Below, piece after piece: positions 1 to 10,013 of a stretch of 64,000 nt of DNA. The stretch's first letter is position 1, and each line of letters starts with the position of its first letter. A model generated the notes under the pieces. It saw only the letters and a program-made list of their open reading frames with translations, was not told the DNA's origin and ran no database searches. A program made the translations under genes and the position numbers. This stretch comes from Chlorobiota bacterium (GTDB lineage: Bacteria > Bacteroidota > Ignavibacteria > OLB7). Location of the stretch: NCBI GenBank assembly GCA_028287785.1, contig JAQBOZ010000020.1, positions 66,738-130,737 on the forward strand, given 5' to 3'.

Positions 1-1359
1 AAGCAGCGCTACGATGAGGATATCTACTACGCGGTCCGCTCCCCCGTCCGGAGCAACGAGGATGCGTGGGAGGAGCCCATCAACCTTGGAAACACCATCA
101 ACAGCAGCGAGGACGATGGCGTCGTCGCGATCAGCCCCGATGGACAGAAGCTCTACTTCAACTCCCTGAAAAAGGGATGGGAGCAGGATGGCGGCCCCTT
201 CTACTACGCACGGCTTCACGGGCGTGACTGGACGGAGATCACCGGCCTTGGCGGCGGCATCACGCAGTTCTTCCATAATCGCCCGAAGGGAATCGGCTTC
301 CGCATCTATGGCGGCTCGGTCAGCTCCGATGGCAACGATTTCTATTTCGCGACCAGCCTCTTCTCGCCAAGCAGCAAGCACCAGATCTGGGTTTCCCATC
401 TGGTCAAGGGAGAGTGGAGCTATCCTGAGAATCTCGGCCCCACCGTCAATAATGCCGGCGCCAGCTACGCCCCGTGCATCGCGGCGGACGGCAAGACCCT
501 CTTCTTCTGCGCCAGCGGCCGCGGCGGCTATGGCGGCGATGACATCTTCGTCTCCTCGCTGGAGAACGGTGCATGGAGCGAGCCGGTGAACGTCGGTGAG
601 CCGATCAACACGCCGGAGGACAACTCGTTCCTCTCGATCCCCGCCTCGGGCGATCGCGTCTATCTCTCGGTCACCCGCGACGGCAACGAGGACATCTACG
701 TTGCACCGCTTCCCGAAATCCTCCGTCCGAACAATGTGGTCCTTCTCTCCGGCAGCGTTACCGACAAGGTGACCGGCCTGCCGATCGAGGCCACCGTGGT
801 GATCGAGGATCTCCAGACCGGACAGACGATCTTCAAGGCGAACAGCAACGCGACCAACGGCAACTATACCACGGTCCTCCAGCCGGGCCGCGATTACGGC
901 ATCTCGATCAACGCTCCCGGCTACATCTTCCGCTCGGATCGCTACACGATCCCGGAGAGAACACCCTACAAGGAGTTCAATCATCCGGTTGAGCTGGAGA
1001 AGCTGAAGACCGGCGAGAGCTTTGTGGTCAACAACATCTTCTTCGATTACAACACGGCGACGCTCGACAACGCATCACGCCCGGAACTGGATCGCATCAT
1101 CGATCTGATGAAGGAGCACGGAACGCTCAAGATGCAGGTCAACGGTCATACCGATAACGTCGGCTCGTCGGACTTCAACTACAAGCTCTCGGTGAAGCGC
1201 GCCGAGGCGGTCCGCGACTACCTGATCGCGACCGGCGGCATCGATTCCTCGCGGATCACCGTCAAGGGCTTCGGCTACAAGAAGCCGGTGGCATCCAACA
1301 AGTCGGAGGAAGGACGGCATCAGAATCGCCGGAGCGAGTTCACGGTGCTCCAGATGTAA
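1..1359 (+). CDS. OmpA-family outer-membrane protein with TolB-like PD40 beta-propeller repeats; 5' end lies outside the window
   Basis: Frame 1 is open from base 1. Repeated PD40-like motifs (SPDGQKLYF, SSDGNDFYFA, AADGKTLFF). C-terminal OmpA domain (NIFFDYNTATL...HTDNVGS...NYKLSVKRAEAV...RRSEFTVL). The listed ORF 188..589 is an off-frame artefact. Confidence 0.8.
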   Translation, partial: KQRYDEDIYYAVRSPVRSNEDAWEEPINLGNTINSSEDDGVVAISPDGQKLYFNSLKKGWEQDGGPFYYARLHGRDWTEITGLGGGITQFFHNRPKGIGFRIYGGSVSSDGNDFYFATSLFSPSSKHQIWVSHLVKGEWSYPENLGPTVNNAGASYAPCIAADGKTLFFCASGRGGYGGDDIFVSSLENGAWSEPVNVGEPINTPEDNSFLSIPASGDRVYLSVTRDGNEDIYVAPLPEILRPNNVVLLSGSVTDKVTGLPIEATVVIEDLQTGQTIFKANSNATNGNYTTVLQPGRDYGISINAPGYIFRSDRYTIPERTPYKEFNHPVELEKLKTGESFVVNNIFFDYNTATLDNASRPELDRIIDLMKEHGTLKMQVNGHTDNVGSSDFNYKLSVKRAEAVRDYLIATGGIDSSRITVKGFGYKKPVASNKSEEGRHQNRRSEFTVLQM

Positions 1360-1392
1360 ACAGGAAATTGGTTTAGGGTTAGGTTAGAATGG

Positions 1393-1435
1393 GACAGATA
1401 AGCCGGGCGTTCTTTCGGGAACCCCGGCTTGTCTG
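1393..1435. terminator. GC-rich hairpin downstream of the OmpA-family gene; possible intrinsic terminator
   Basis: Inverted repeat cagataagccggg / ccccggcttgtctg just 3' of the stop at 1359. Weak U-tract. Confidence 0.25.
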
Positions 1436-1548
1436 CGTTATGGGGCGGATGATGTTGTCGGGAGGCCGTTTGAAACATCCCCCGACAGTCCTATTTATCA
1501 TAACTTTGCCGTTTCCTTAACCCCATGGACATAGTCAACAGGAGAAGT

Positions 1549-3816
1549 ATGATCAAGCGCGAAGAAGCACTTGAGTACCATCGGATGGGACGACGCGGCA
1601 AGATGGAAGTCGTCTCCACCAAACCAGTTTCCACGCAGCGCGATCTTTCGCTGGCCTACAGCCCCGGCGTTGCCGAGCCATGCCGGGAGATCGCGGCCGA
1701 TGAGGAGAAGGTGTACGAGTACACCGCAAAGGGAAATCTCGTCGGGGTGATATCGAACGGAACGGCGGTCCTCGGCCTCGGCAATATCGGTCCATCCGCC
1801 AGCAAGCCGGTGATGGAAGGCAAAGGGGTCCTCTTCAAGAAATTCGCCGATATCGATGTCTTCGATATCGAGATGACCCCGACCGACCCGAAAGTGCTGA
1901 TCGAGGCGATCGCCGCGCTGGAACCGACGTTCGGCGGCATCAACCTGGAGGATATAAAATCGCCGGAATGCTTCGAGGTGGAGGAGGCGCTCAAGGCCAG
2001 AATGAACATCCCGGTCTTCCATGACGATCAGCACGGCACCGCCATCATCTCCGGCGCGGCCCTGATCAACGCCCTGGAGATTCAGAAGAAGAAGATCGAG
2101 GATGTCAGCATCATTGTCTCCGGCGCGGGGGCGGCCGCCATAAGCTGCTCGCGATTCTACGTGCTGCTGGGGGCGCGGATCGAGAACATCTACATGTGCG
2201 ATTCGAAGGGGCTGATCCACAAACACCGCAACGATCTGAACAAATACAAGGAAGAATTCGCCAACGGTGACGGGCCGGCCACGCTCGGCGACATGCTGAA
2301 CGGCGCCGATGTCTTTATCGGCCTTTCCCAGGCTGGGCTGGTGACCAGGGAGATGATCGTCTCGATGGCCCCCCGGCCCATTGTCTTCGCGATGGCGAAC
2401 CCCGATCCGGAGATCAGCTATGAGGATGCCACGTCGGTGCGGAACGATATCATCATGGCAACCGGCCGGAGCGATTACCCGAACCAGGTGAACAACGTTC
2501 TGGGATTTCCCTTCATCTTCCGCGGCGCGCTCGATGTCCGCGCCCGCGCCATCAACGATCACATGAAGCTGGCCGCCGCGCAGGCAATCGCGCAGCTCGC
2601 GCGGGAGGATGTGATAGACTCGGTCATCCGCAGCTATGGCGACAAGCCGCTCAGCTTCGGCCCCGACTACATCATCCCGAAACCGTTCGATCAGCGCGTG
2701 CTCCTCTGGGTTGCCCCGGCGGTCGCCCGCGCCGCGATCGAGAGCGGCGTTGCCCGCAAGCCGATCCTGGACTGGGAGGAGTATCACGATGAGCTGGAGA
2801 CGCGGCTCGGGAAATCGCGCGGGTTCATGGTGCCGATCATCAACCGCGCGCAGTCGCGACGCCCGCTCAAGAAGGTGGTGCTGCCGGAAGGGGAGGAGGT
2901 GTCGGTCCTGCGAGCGGCGCAGCGCGTGGTGGAGGAGAAGATCGCCATCCCCGTGCTGCTTGGCCGGCCCAATCTGATCGCCGCGCTCGCCGCCGAAAAC
3001 CATATCGACCTGACCGGCGCGGAGATCATCAACCCGATGGAGGATGCCCGGCGTGGTGAATATCAGGAGGCGTTCTTCCAGCTTCGCGCGCGGAAGGGGA
3101 CAACCCTGGCGACCGCGCGGCGCCTGATGCAGCGGACGATGTACTACGGGCTGATGATGGTTCGCATGGACCATGCCGATGGCCTGGTTGCCGGCGCGTC
3201 GATATCCTATCCCGATGTCATCCGTCCCGCGCTTCAGACCGTGGGGCGCGATAACCGCTACTCACGCGTTGGCGGCCTGTATGTGATGATGCCGAAATCG
3301 GGAGGGCAGTTCTTCCTGGCCGATACCACTGTAAATATCGATCCGACCGCCGAGCAGCTTGCGGAGATTGCGCTGATGGCCTCCGAGACCGCCGCCCGGT
3401 TCGGCGCGACGCCGCGCGTGGCGATGCTCTCCTTCTCCAACTTCGGGGACTCGAAACATCCGAACGCGCTGAAGATGCGCCGCGCCACGGAGCTGGTGAA
3501 ATCCGAGCACCCGCATCTGATGGTCGATGGCGAGATGCACGCGGATATGGCGGTGGTGCCGGAGATGCTGAACGCCACCTATCCGTTCAACGAGCTGGGA
3601 GGGCAGGGGGCCAACGTCCTGATCTTCCCGAACATCGACGCCGGGAATATCGCCTACAAGCTGCTGATGAGGCTTGGGGAATGCGAGGCAATCGGCCCCA
3701 TCCTGATGGGGATGAACAAGCCGGTTCATGTGATTCAGAACTCCAGCCAGGTGCAGGATATCGTCAACATGGTGGCGATCACCGTCACCGAGGTGTGGGA
3801 CCGGGCAGGCGCCTGA
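1549..3816 (+). CDS. maeB: NADP-dependent malic enzyme (malic enzyme domain plus phosphotransacetylase-like C-terminal domain)
   Basis: [58 protein letters not shown], followed by a PTA-like domain. About 755 aa, collinear with E. coli MaeB. ATG at 1549 sits behind AGGAG; the track ORF begins at 1525. Confidence 0.9.
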   Translation: MIKREEALEYHRMGRRGKMEVVSTKPVSTQRDLSLAYSPGVAEPCREIAADEEKVYEYTAKGNLVGVISNGTAVLGLGNIGPSASKPVMEGKGVLFKKFADIDVFDIEMTPTDPKVLIEAIAALEPTFGGINLEDIKSPECFEVEEALKARMNIPVFHDDQHGTAIISGAALINALEIQKKKIEDVSIIVSGAGAAAISCSRFYVLLGARIENIYMCDSKGLIHKHRNDLNKYKEEFANGDGPATLGDMLNGADVFIGLSQAGLVTREMIVSMAPRPIVFAMANPDPEISYEDATSVRNDIIMATGRSDYPNQVNNVLGFPFIFRGALDVRARAINDHMKLAAAQAIAQLAREDVIDSVIRSYGDKPLSFGPDYIIPKPFDQRVLLWVAPAVARAAIESGVARKPILDWEEYHDELETRLGKSRGFMVPIINRAQSRRPLKKVVLPEGEEVSVLRAAQRVVEEKIAIPVLLGRPNLIAALAAENHIDLTGAEIINPMEDARRGEYQEAFFQLRARKGTTLATARRLMQRTMYYGLMMVRMDHADGLVAGASISYPDVIRPALQTVGRDNRYSRVGGLYVMMPKSGGQFFLADTTVNIDPTAEQLAEIALMASETAARFGATPRVAMLSFSNFGDSKHPNALKMRRATELVKSEHPHLMVDGEMHADMAVVPEMLNATYPFNELGGQGANVLIFPNIDAGNIAYKLLMRLGECEAIGPILMGMNKPVHVIQNSSQVQDIVNMVAITVTEVWDRAGA

Positions 3817-3847
3817 TATCGTCGTATATTGTCCTTCCTCTCCAGAC

Positions 3848-3882
3848 GCGGGCGCCCCGCCCATACCGAGCGGGGCGCTCCG
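3848..3882. terminator. Hairpin after maeB (gcgccccgc...gcggggcgc)
   Basis: Perfect 9-bp inverted repeat in the maeB/sigma intergenic region. No strong T-tract. Confidence 0.25.
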
Positions 3883-3951
3883 CGAACTAACATTTCCCTT
3901 ATCTCTCCCGTTCTTATTCGAGAGGCACCAGTAGTGGGGCCTTGTTCGGAG

Positions 3952-4578
3952 ATGGCGGGTGAACGGGCTGATCACGGGACTAGCACCCTGTTTCCGGCCC
4001 GGAACAACAAAGCTCGATCGAACAGATTGGCTGGTAAAACACTTCGGCAACCGCCGACCTCCGACGACCAACTGCTTCGCCTGGTAGCCTCGGGCGACAA
4101 GCAGGCGTTTCTCACGCTCTACGATCGCTATCGCGAACGGTTGTTTACCTATTGCTGTAGAATGATCGGGGACCGGGAGCGCGCCAAGGATGCGATGCAG
4201 GATGCGCTGTTAAAGGCGTACCAGAATGCCGCGATGTACCAGGAGGGAACCAACGTTGCCGCATGGCTCTTCCGGCTGACCCGCAATGTCTGCATCGATG
4301 CGATCCGTGCCCGGAAGGAGCACGATCCGATCGACGATCTGCAACTCGCCGTTCAGGAGCGCGCTCCCGATGTGATGCTGCAGGATGCGTTGACCGAGGA
4401 GATCGAACGACTTCCGGAGATATATCGCGAGGCGGTCGTTCTGCGTGATGTGCAGGGGCACTCCTATGATGAAATCGCGAAGATCACCGGGACGGCGATA
4501 TCAACCGTCAAGTTCAGGATCTTCAAGGCCCGCGACACATTGCGCCAACGTTTAGCCATTTACCTGAAAGATCAATGA
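3952..4578 (+). CDS. ECF-family RNA polymerase sigma-70 factor
   Basis: Region 2 (FLTLYDRYRERLFTYCCRMIGDRERAKDAMQDALLKAY...AWLFRLTRNVCIDAIR) and region 4 (YREAVVLRDVQGHSYDEIAKITGTAISTVKFRIFKAR). ATG verified at 3952; the track ORF begins upstream at 3829. Confidence 0.85.
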   Translation: MAGERADHGTSTLFPARNNKARSNRLAGKTLRQPPTSDDQLLRLVASGDKQAFLTLYDRYRERLFTYCCRMIGDRERAKDAMQDALLKAYQNAAMYQEGTNVAAWLFRLTRNVCIDAIRARKEHDPIDDLQLAVQERAPDVMLQDALTEEIERLPEIYREAVVLRDVQGHSYDEIAKITGTAISTVKFRIFKARDTLRQRLAIYLKDQ

Positions 4579-5150
4579 ACGAGGAACTACATCATCTTCT
4601 TGATGGCGAGCTATCCGACAGCGAGACTGCCGAGATGCTGCGAAAGCTCGCGGAGGATGGTGAGCAACGGTCGCTCTTTCGCCAGCAGTTAATGCTCCAG
4701 AGCGCGCTCAATCGGAATGAGGCCCACCAGCCGATGTCCTCCCCGGAGGCCTCGGAGATGTATGGGCGTCTTTCCAACGCGATTGGCGCGCCCGCGGAGA
4801 GTGCGGCGAACAGATTCGGCACAAAAGCGCTCGGCATGCTCGGGATCGGCCTTCTGGTCGGTTGCGGGCTCGGATTCCTGATCAATTCCACGACCGGTGG
4901 CGGAGAAACCCGCAATCCGCCGGTCGCCACGATCCCGCACGCCGACACCATCAGGGTGATGACGCCGGCTCCGTGCAACAGCGATTCGCTGATCGCCGCG
5001 GTTCGCGACTCGATAACCGCAGCGATTGTCCCGGCTCCCCCCCCCGCGCCGAAAAAGCGGGTGGTCCGCTCATCCCGTTCACCGAAAAACATGGTGACGA
5101 CGGGCGCGGATCTCATTCATACGAAACGCCCCAAACCCGTAACGCCGTAA
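4575..5150 (+). CDS. Putative anti-sigma factor: N-terminal cytoplasmic domain, one TM helix, Pro-rich C-terminus
   Basis: Start overlaps the sigma-factor stop as ATGA. Predicted TM segment GMLGIGLLVGCGLGFLI. Arrangement is typical of ECF sigma/anti-sigma pairs. The protein itself carries no recognisable conserved signature, so the call rests on gene context. Confidence 0.5.
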   Translation: MNEELHHLLDGELSDSETAEMLRKLAEDGEQRSLFRQQLMLQSALNRNEAHQPMSSPEASEMYGRLSNAIGAPAESAANRFGTKALGMLGIGLLVGCGLGFLINSTTGGGETRNPPVATIPHADTIRVMTPAPCNSDSLIAAVRDSITAAIVPAPPPAPKKRVVRSSRSPKNMVTTGADLIHTKRPKPVTP

Positions 5151-5214
5151 CGGCGCCGGGTTGAACCACATCATACGCAACGTCCTCCAAACCTCAGGGG
5201 ATGATTGCGAACGG

Positions 5215-5266
5215 AAAAGGGATGGATGCTCGGTAAGGGAAGCGTCCATCCCTTTTCATTATTTCC
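5215..5266. terminator. Bidirectional rho-independent terminator between the convergent anti-sigma and usher genes
   Basis: aaaagggatggatgc-(loop)-gcgtccatcccttttc followed by attatttcc. A-tract 5' and T-tract 3' let it work on both strands. Confidence 0.55.
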
Positions 5267-5295
5267 GATGAGGGATTGAATTCTGATGATCCCGA

Positions 5296-7899
5296 CTATT
5301 CCGCTCGCCTCAGCCGGATCACCGGATGCCGCGATGACTCGCCACCGATGCTGATGATCTCCTCCGGCGCAACCCGCGCCAGACGCCGCGAGGCAAGCTG
5401 CGCCCGATCGAACTCCACGCGATATTCCCCCGCCGCCACGCCGGTGATCAGCATCGTCCCGTCGGCGAACACCTCGCCATCGTACAACGCGCTGCCGGAA
5501 ACCGCCGCCAGTTGCACCCGAAGCCCGTTCAGATGCCCCCCCGCGGTTTCCCCCGCGACCGAATCAGCGGCCACGAGACACCGACCGGCAACATCGCCCC
5601 CCTCCACATAGGGCACATCCACCGCCACCGCCGCGCCGGGGGAGGAGAAGACGCCATAGCGGAGATGGCTGGGAAAAAGTCCCTCCGGCGCGTAATCCCA
5701 TCGGTCCACATCCAGCACCCAGACCATGTTCGGCGTCAGCAGAGGGAACTCCCCTTCCTCCGCGGTAAGCTCGGTGTTCCCCTGGCGGAGCCGCGCGTGG
5801 GGCGCCGGCAGATCCTCCTCGCCATCGTCGCGAACGCCGTTGCCGTTCCGATCCCTGAACGCCCGTACAACAACCGCCGAACGCCCCAGCGCATAATCGG
5901 GCGAGAGGAGAACGCCGTTGCCCGTGAAGGCCACGCTCCCCTGGGCGAACATCGTGCTGGTGGTGGCCGCCGTGCCGGCCTGATGATCCGCGAAGGCGAA
6001 TATCCGCGCGGGAGCAAAGTTCAGCTCAAGCTGCGCGGTGATTGCCCCTCGCGACCATTGAAGATTGGGAACGGAATACCCGACGCTGATCCCCATGAAC
6101 CCGGTCAGGCGGAGATATCCCGTCATATCGAGCAGCGGAAGCGACCGGGTGCGATAATCATATGTGCCGCCGATGCTGACCAGCGTCCCCCGCAACGGCG
6201 TCGCAATCAGTCGGAACACGCTCTGAACGCCGCCGCTCCGCCCCGCGCTGTCGATTTCGCCACCGCCGCCGCCGCCAACCGCGCGCGCGAATGTCGTGGA
6301 GAGGAACGCGGTCACCCCCGCCAGATAGCCGGAGATCTGCGGAGTGGCCGTCACGAAATATCCGTTTCCCCGATGCTCCACCCGCCCGGCGCCGCCAATC
6401 GACACCTGCCCAAGCGGAATATTGGCGGAGACCGTGGAGATAAAGGAGCGGTCACGCAGTGAAAGGGAATCGACCGACAGCCGGAACGATCTGTTCCCCG
6501 GCGTCACCGAGGATATCTCGCCGGAAAAGAGGCGGGAAAGAGGCCGGTAGCGCAGCCCCAGCGTGCTCGATTCCCCCATCCATATCGTGGCAAATGTGCT
6601 GGCCGAAACGCTGTCGGCGGTGATGGCGCCATATGCCGAGGGACGCAGCAGGCCGTCCACGCCAACGGTCAGGCGCGACAGCAACCCGAAATCGACGCGC
6701 CCCTCGCCGCCGATCCTCGATCCGGCGGCGAGCCGCTCGCTCCCGCCACGCACGGTATAATCCAGCTCCCCGGAGGGAATGACATGCCCATCAACCTGCA
6801 CCCGTCGCTCCTCCGTGAGGATCTCCCCGTACGGCCCCACAAACCTGAGCAGCCGTTCGATTGTTCCATATCCCACCGGGACCGTGAAAGAATAATATCC
6901 CAGGCTGTCGGCCCTGGTCACATCGGCCAGATGCGTTCCATCGTATAATTCCACAGTCCATCCCGGACGCGTCTGCCCCTGGATTTCATGTTCCATAAAG
7001 CCGCCGCGGGGAATGATCGGGACATTGGAGATCTCGGCGGCATACATCTGCGTCCCCGCCACAGGAATTCTTCCGATCGTGACTTTTCTCAGCGGCGAAT
7101 ATTCCGGCGCGATAAAACGCCATGTCCAGGAATTGAGCGCAACCAGAGGCGTTTGAGCGCCGAACGCCCCGCGACGCATTATCGCCGAGGTATTGATTTC
7201 AGCCTCACCGAACAGCAGTTCGCCGCCAATTCCCACGGAGGCATTGGAGAGATTATTTCTGGAATTCAGATTATTCGATATGGTCCAGTCGATCATCGGC
7301 GCGCCGATCAATGAGCGATTCACGGATATTTCCGGAACCGGATCGCCCGGCGATGTCTTGTCCAGCAGCAGCGATGCGTAACGCTGGTGATTCCGGCTCC
7401 ACTGCACAACCGGCAGCCGTTCATCCTGGGCAATCAGCAGCGTGAGCTTCGATATCCGGAAATTCGCCTGGATTCCGAGAACCCGAAAGAACAGCGACTG
7501 TTCGATATACAACTCGCCGCCAACCAGGCGGATTTGAGCCGCGGGAAACGACACGGTATCCCTTCCACGTGTGGCGGTATTCGAGCGACGCGAAAATTCA
7601 AAATGCTGATCGGACGGGAACGATCCCTCAAGGGTCGAATTATCGGAGGAAATTCCGGCGGGAATGCGGAGAAAATCGCAAAGCGAGAGATAGGGGAGAA
7701 ACAGCGTATCGCCGGAGAACTGAGCAACAAAATCATGACGGGCAATGCCGGCCACCTCGGCCTGCGCCACCCCTTCCTCCAGCGGATCGGGTGGGATGGG
7801 ATCGGCGCCACTGTCAGGGGTTTTTCCCGTTCTGTCGCCGGCCATCGATATATTCGGAACCAGAACCAGCAGGAGCAGAATAAGTGATAGTATGTTCAT
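5296..7899 (-). CDS. Putative fimbrial usher-like outer-membrane protein of the chaperone-usher operon
   Basis: 867 aa with an N-terminal signal peptide (MNILSLILLLLVLVPNISMA). Start ATG overlaps the upstream pilin stop as ATGA, suggesting translational coupling. Size (about 830-880 aa) and position after pilin-chaperone-pilin fit an usher. No usher motif was verified directly. Confidence 0.45.
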   Translation of the reverse strand: MNILSLILLLLVLVPNISMAGDRTGKTPDSGADPIPPDPLEEGVAQAEVAGIARHDFVAQFSGDTLFLPYLSLCDFLRIPAGISSDNSTLEGSFPSDQHFEFSRRSNTATRGRDTVSFPAAQIRLVGGELYIEQSLFFRVLGIQANFRISKLTLLIAQDERLPVVQWSRNHQRYASLLLDKTSPGDPVPEISVNRSLIGAPMIDWTISNNLNSRNNLSNASVGIGGELLFGEAEINTSAIMRRGAFGAQTPLVALNSWTWRFIAPEYSPLRKVTIGRIPVAGTQMYAAEISNVPIIPRGGFMEHEIQGQTRPGWTVELYDGTHLADVTRADSLGYYSFTVPVGYGTIERLLRFVGPYGEILTEERRVQVDGHVIPSGELDYTVRGGSERLAAGSRIGGEGRVDFGLLSRLTVGVDGLLRPSAYGAITADSVSASTFATIWMGESSTLGLRYRPLSRLFSGEISSVTPGNRSFRLSVDSLSLRDRSFISTVSANIPLGQVSIGGAGRVEHRGNGYFVTATPQISGYLAGVTAFLSTTFARAVGGGGGGEIDSAGRSGGVQSVFRLIATPLRGTLVSIGGTYDYRTRSLPLLDMTGYLRLTGFMGISVGYSVPNLQWSRGAITAQLELNFAPARIFAFADHQAGTAATTSTMFAQGSVAFTGNGVLLSPDYALGRSAVVVRAFRDRNGNGVRDDGEEDLPAPHARLRQGNTELTAEEGEFPLLTPNMVWVLDVDRWDYAPEGLFPSHLRYGVFSSPGAAVAVDVPYVEGGDVAGRCLVAADSVAGETAGGHLNGLRVQLAAVSGSALYDGEVFADGTMLITGVAAGEYRVEFDRAQLASRRLARVAPEEIISIGGESSRHPVIRLRRAE

Positions 7900-8429
7900 C
7901 GATATTCCGCCATAATGGTCACCGATCCCGAATATGATCCCCGCTGCTGACGCGTGCCGCTGGCGATACTTCCGCCGACCCGTACATCGATGCTGCTCCT
8001 GCCGGAGAGGCTGGCGGGGAACTGCGTGTCCTGATATAATGTCCCGGTTGAAAATGTTGTCCAGGTGGTACCGCCATCCAGGCTGTAGGCGCAGTCGGAA
8101 TTGCTGATCGTGATGCCGATATCACGATCGGAACTATTGATGCTGGCGCCGCTCAGCGCGGCAAGATTGGTAATGGCGATGGTGATGCGAACATTGCTGG
8201 CGGTATCCCCCGTAATCGTGAAACGGGCGGCCTGGCTGCTGGAATACGCAACAACCAGCTCACTCGAACGGGAAAATGTGCCGAACGTCAGGCCGGCGAC
8301 ACCGGTCATGGAAATGGCGGTCTGCCCATTCCCTGATGATGCTCCGGCAACGATTATAAAGAGCACCATCGCCGTTCGCAGGAAAAATCCCATGCGATGC
8401 GGACGCGATATACCCGGAACACGCGCCAT
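7896..8429 (-). CDS. Spore-coat-protein-U (SCPU) domain pilin-like subunit
   Basis: Signal peptide (likely start M at 8393: MGFFLRTAMVLFIIVAGASSG). C-terminus ...QQRGSYSGSVTIMAEYR matches the SCPU/Csu-pilin C-terminal strand pattern (Y.G..T.TV..Y). Confidence 0.6.
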   Translation of the reverse strand: MARVPGISRPHRMGFFLRTAMVLFIIVAGASSGNGQTAISMTGVAGLTFGTFSRSSELVVAYSSSQAARFTITGDTASNVRITIAITNLAALSGASINSSDRDIGITISNSDCAYSLDGGTTWTTFSTGTLYQDTQFPASLSGRSSIDVRVGGSIASGTRQQRGSYSGSVTIMAEYR

Positions 8430-8441
8430 GACGTTGTAAAG

Positions 8442-9305
8442 TTAGTCCCCCGGCGATAACGCAATTCCGCTCGCGGAGACAGTGACGAAATATTTTCTTC
8501 TCATCGTGGGCGCCGTAATCACGGCATCATTCGCCGCGCCTTTTTTTACCGTCGCCGATTCGATTTCGATGGTATAGGAGCCCAAGGCCAGTTTCGGAAA
8601 CCGCAATGATTTTCTCAGCGAAAATTCGGTTGTAAACTGGTCGGTTGCCGTGGCAATATCCTTCCCTTCAACATTTCGCACGTGTGCGGACAATGTTCCC
8701 CGATATGCCGAATTTCCGGAACGTCGCAGATCGATCAATGCAAGCGTCCCCTTCGCATCTCCCCGCATGGCAACGGCATCGATGGATATTCCCGTTTCGG
8801 TATTCCCCTTCCGAAAAATAATCGGGATATCAAGCTCTATTTTCATCGTAAGCCGCGTCTCTATCTGAGCCGCGCTATCCCCCAGCACGGAGGATTCCAC
8901 TGAAACAGGGGAGCTTCCGAACACCGCGCGGCCCCAGTATTCCCCATCCGGTATGGAATCCGGCGGCAGAATCAGGACGCGCACCGAACGCGATTCGCCG
9001 GGGGCGAGCGTAAATCGATGCGGAAAAATCTTTACCCAGTTTCTGCACGATTTTCTCAATTCATCGCTGCTCGCATCAGACCGAAGCGTGACACGGCCCA
9101 GGGAATCGCTCTGCAACAGCCTGAATCCCAGGTCGGTCGTCACCTCGACCCGCTCCGATGTCGGATTGGTGAGATTTACCTCCTGTGACCGCTCGCGAAG
9201 GCTGAGAATTACGCGGGTCGGAGAAAGCTCCACTTGCGCCGATACCGCGTGCGCGGCTACGACGCCAAGGAAAATGACCAGCGCAATTCTGGAGATGATA
9301 GTCAT
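8442..9305 (-). CDS. Periplasmic pilus-assembly chaperone (PapD-like)
   Basis: Signal peptide MTIISRIALVIFLGVVAAHAVSAQ. N-terminal domain pattern VELSPTRVILSL...EVNLTN...RFTLAPGESRSVRVLILPP is reminiscent of PapD-like chaperones. Lies between two SCPU pilin genes. Confidence 0.5.
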   Translation of the reverse strand: MTIISRIALVIFLGVVAAHAVSAQVELSPTRVILSLRERSQEVNLTNPTSERVEVTTDLGFRLLQSDSLGRVTLRSDASSDELRKSCRNWVKIFPHRFTLAPGESRSVRVLILPPDSIPDGEYWGRAVFGSSPVSVESSVLGDSAAQIETRLTMKIELDIPIIFRKGNTETGISIDAVAMRGDAKGTLALIDLRRSGNSAYRGTLSAHVRNVEGKDIATATDQFTTEFSLRKSLRFPKLALGSYTIEIESATVKKGAANDAVITAPTMRRKYFVTVSASGIALSPGD

Positions 9306-9461
9306 GGAAAATAGTCGTGAGAGCTTTTAACAGAATATTCCGGAAGGGCCTGGACGTGCCCACCATCCGCCAGATATTGTTGCCGATTTCGGGAGAGAAG
9401 CTGTTGCCGGCCGCATGGAATGAATATCCACGCGCCGGCAACCTCATCTCATGCGGCATGA

Positions 9462-10013
9462 TTAATTCGAATAGGCGGCGCTCACGGAAAACGATCCGCT
9501 ATACACACCACGCTGCTGCGATGCGGCGGGAGTTACCGAGCCACCAATCCAGAGATATGCCTGACCAAGACCGTCGGCATCGGTTCCATTGCCGTCCGCG
9601 TCCGCGCTGAGCCCAACCGTCACGGTTCCGCTCGATGCGTCGGCCTGCGTTGCATTGGCCTGGACGTTGGCGGTGCTGTTCGCGATCATGTTGGCGCGGT
9701 CCAGCGTTACGCTCAGCGTGGCCGATCCATCGCCGGAGGTTGTGTGCAGCGTTGCTGAGGAAGGGACAGTGACGACGACGTTATCCGACTCATCGCCGCT
9801 GAAATTGAATGCGCCGGCGCCGCCGGCGCTCTCAACAACAGCATTTGCCTGTCCCTTGGTTACGGTCCCGAATGCAAGAGCGGCGGTTGCCGTGCCGACG
9901 ATCGGCGTGGTAACGGTTGCGGAGCTGGAAACGCTGGTCTGTGCGACGGCGTTCAGCCCGGTGGAAAGTGCACATGCGGCGATTGCGCTCACGAAAAGCT
10001 TGCTGAATCTCAT
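9462..10013 (-). CDS. Spore-coat-protein-U (SCPU) domain pilin-like major subunit
   Basis: ATG at 10013 (MRFSKLFVSAIAACALSTGLNAVAQ signal peptide) with GGAG about 9 nt upstream. C-terminus ...QQRGVYSGSFSVSAAYSN is paralogous to 7896..8429. The track ORF extends further, to 10148. Confidence 0.6.
   Translation of the reverse strand: MRFSKLFVSAIAACALSTGLNAVAQTSVSSSATVTTPIVGTATAALAFGTVTKGQANAVVESAGGAGAFNFSGDESDNVVVTVPSSATLHTTSGDGSATLSVTLDRANMIANSTANVQANATQADASSGTVTVGLSADADGNGTDADGLGQAYLWIGGSVTPAASQQRGVYSGSFSVSAAYSN

Noticed and set aside
188-589. 133-aa ORF near the start of the window
   Set aside because: Off-frame within the OmpA/PD40 gene, whose frame 1 is open from base 1.
1498-3174. 558-aa minus-strand ORF antisense to maeB, and similar long antisense or off-frame ORFs (5512..6462, 15572..17704, 17921..19246, 20315..21655, 22471..23247, 24136..25755, 25768..28119, 29119..31434, 59111..60817, 60678..61580, 31760..32467, 36209..36829)
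   Set aside because: Each overlaps a well-supported gene on the other strand or frame. They are Arg/Ala/Gly/Pro-rich as expected for random open frames in about 65% GC DNA, and none carries a recognisable motif.
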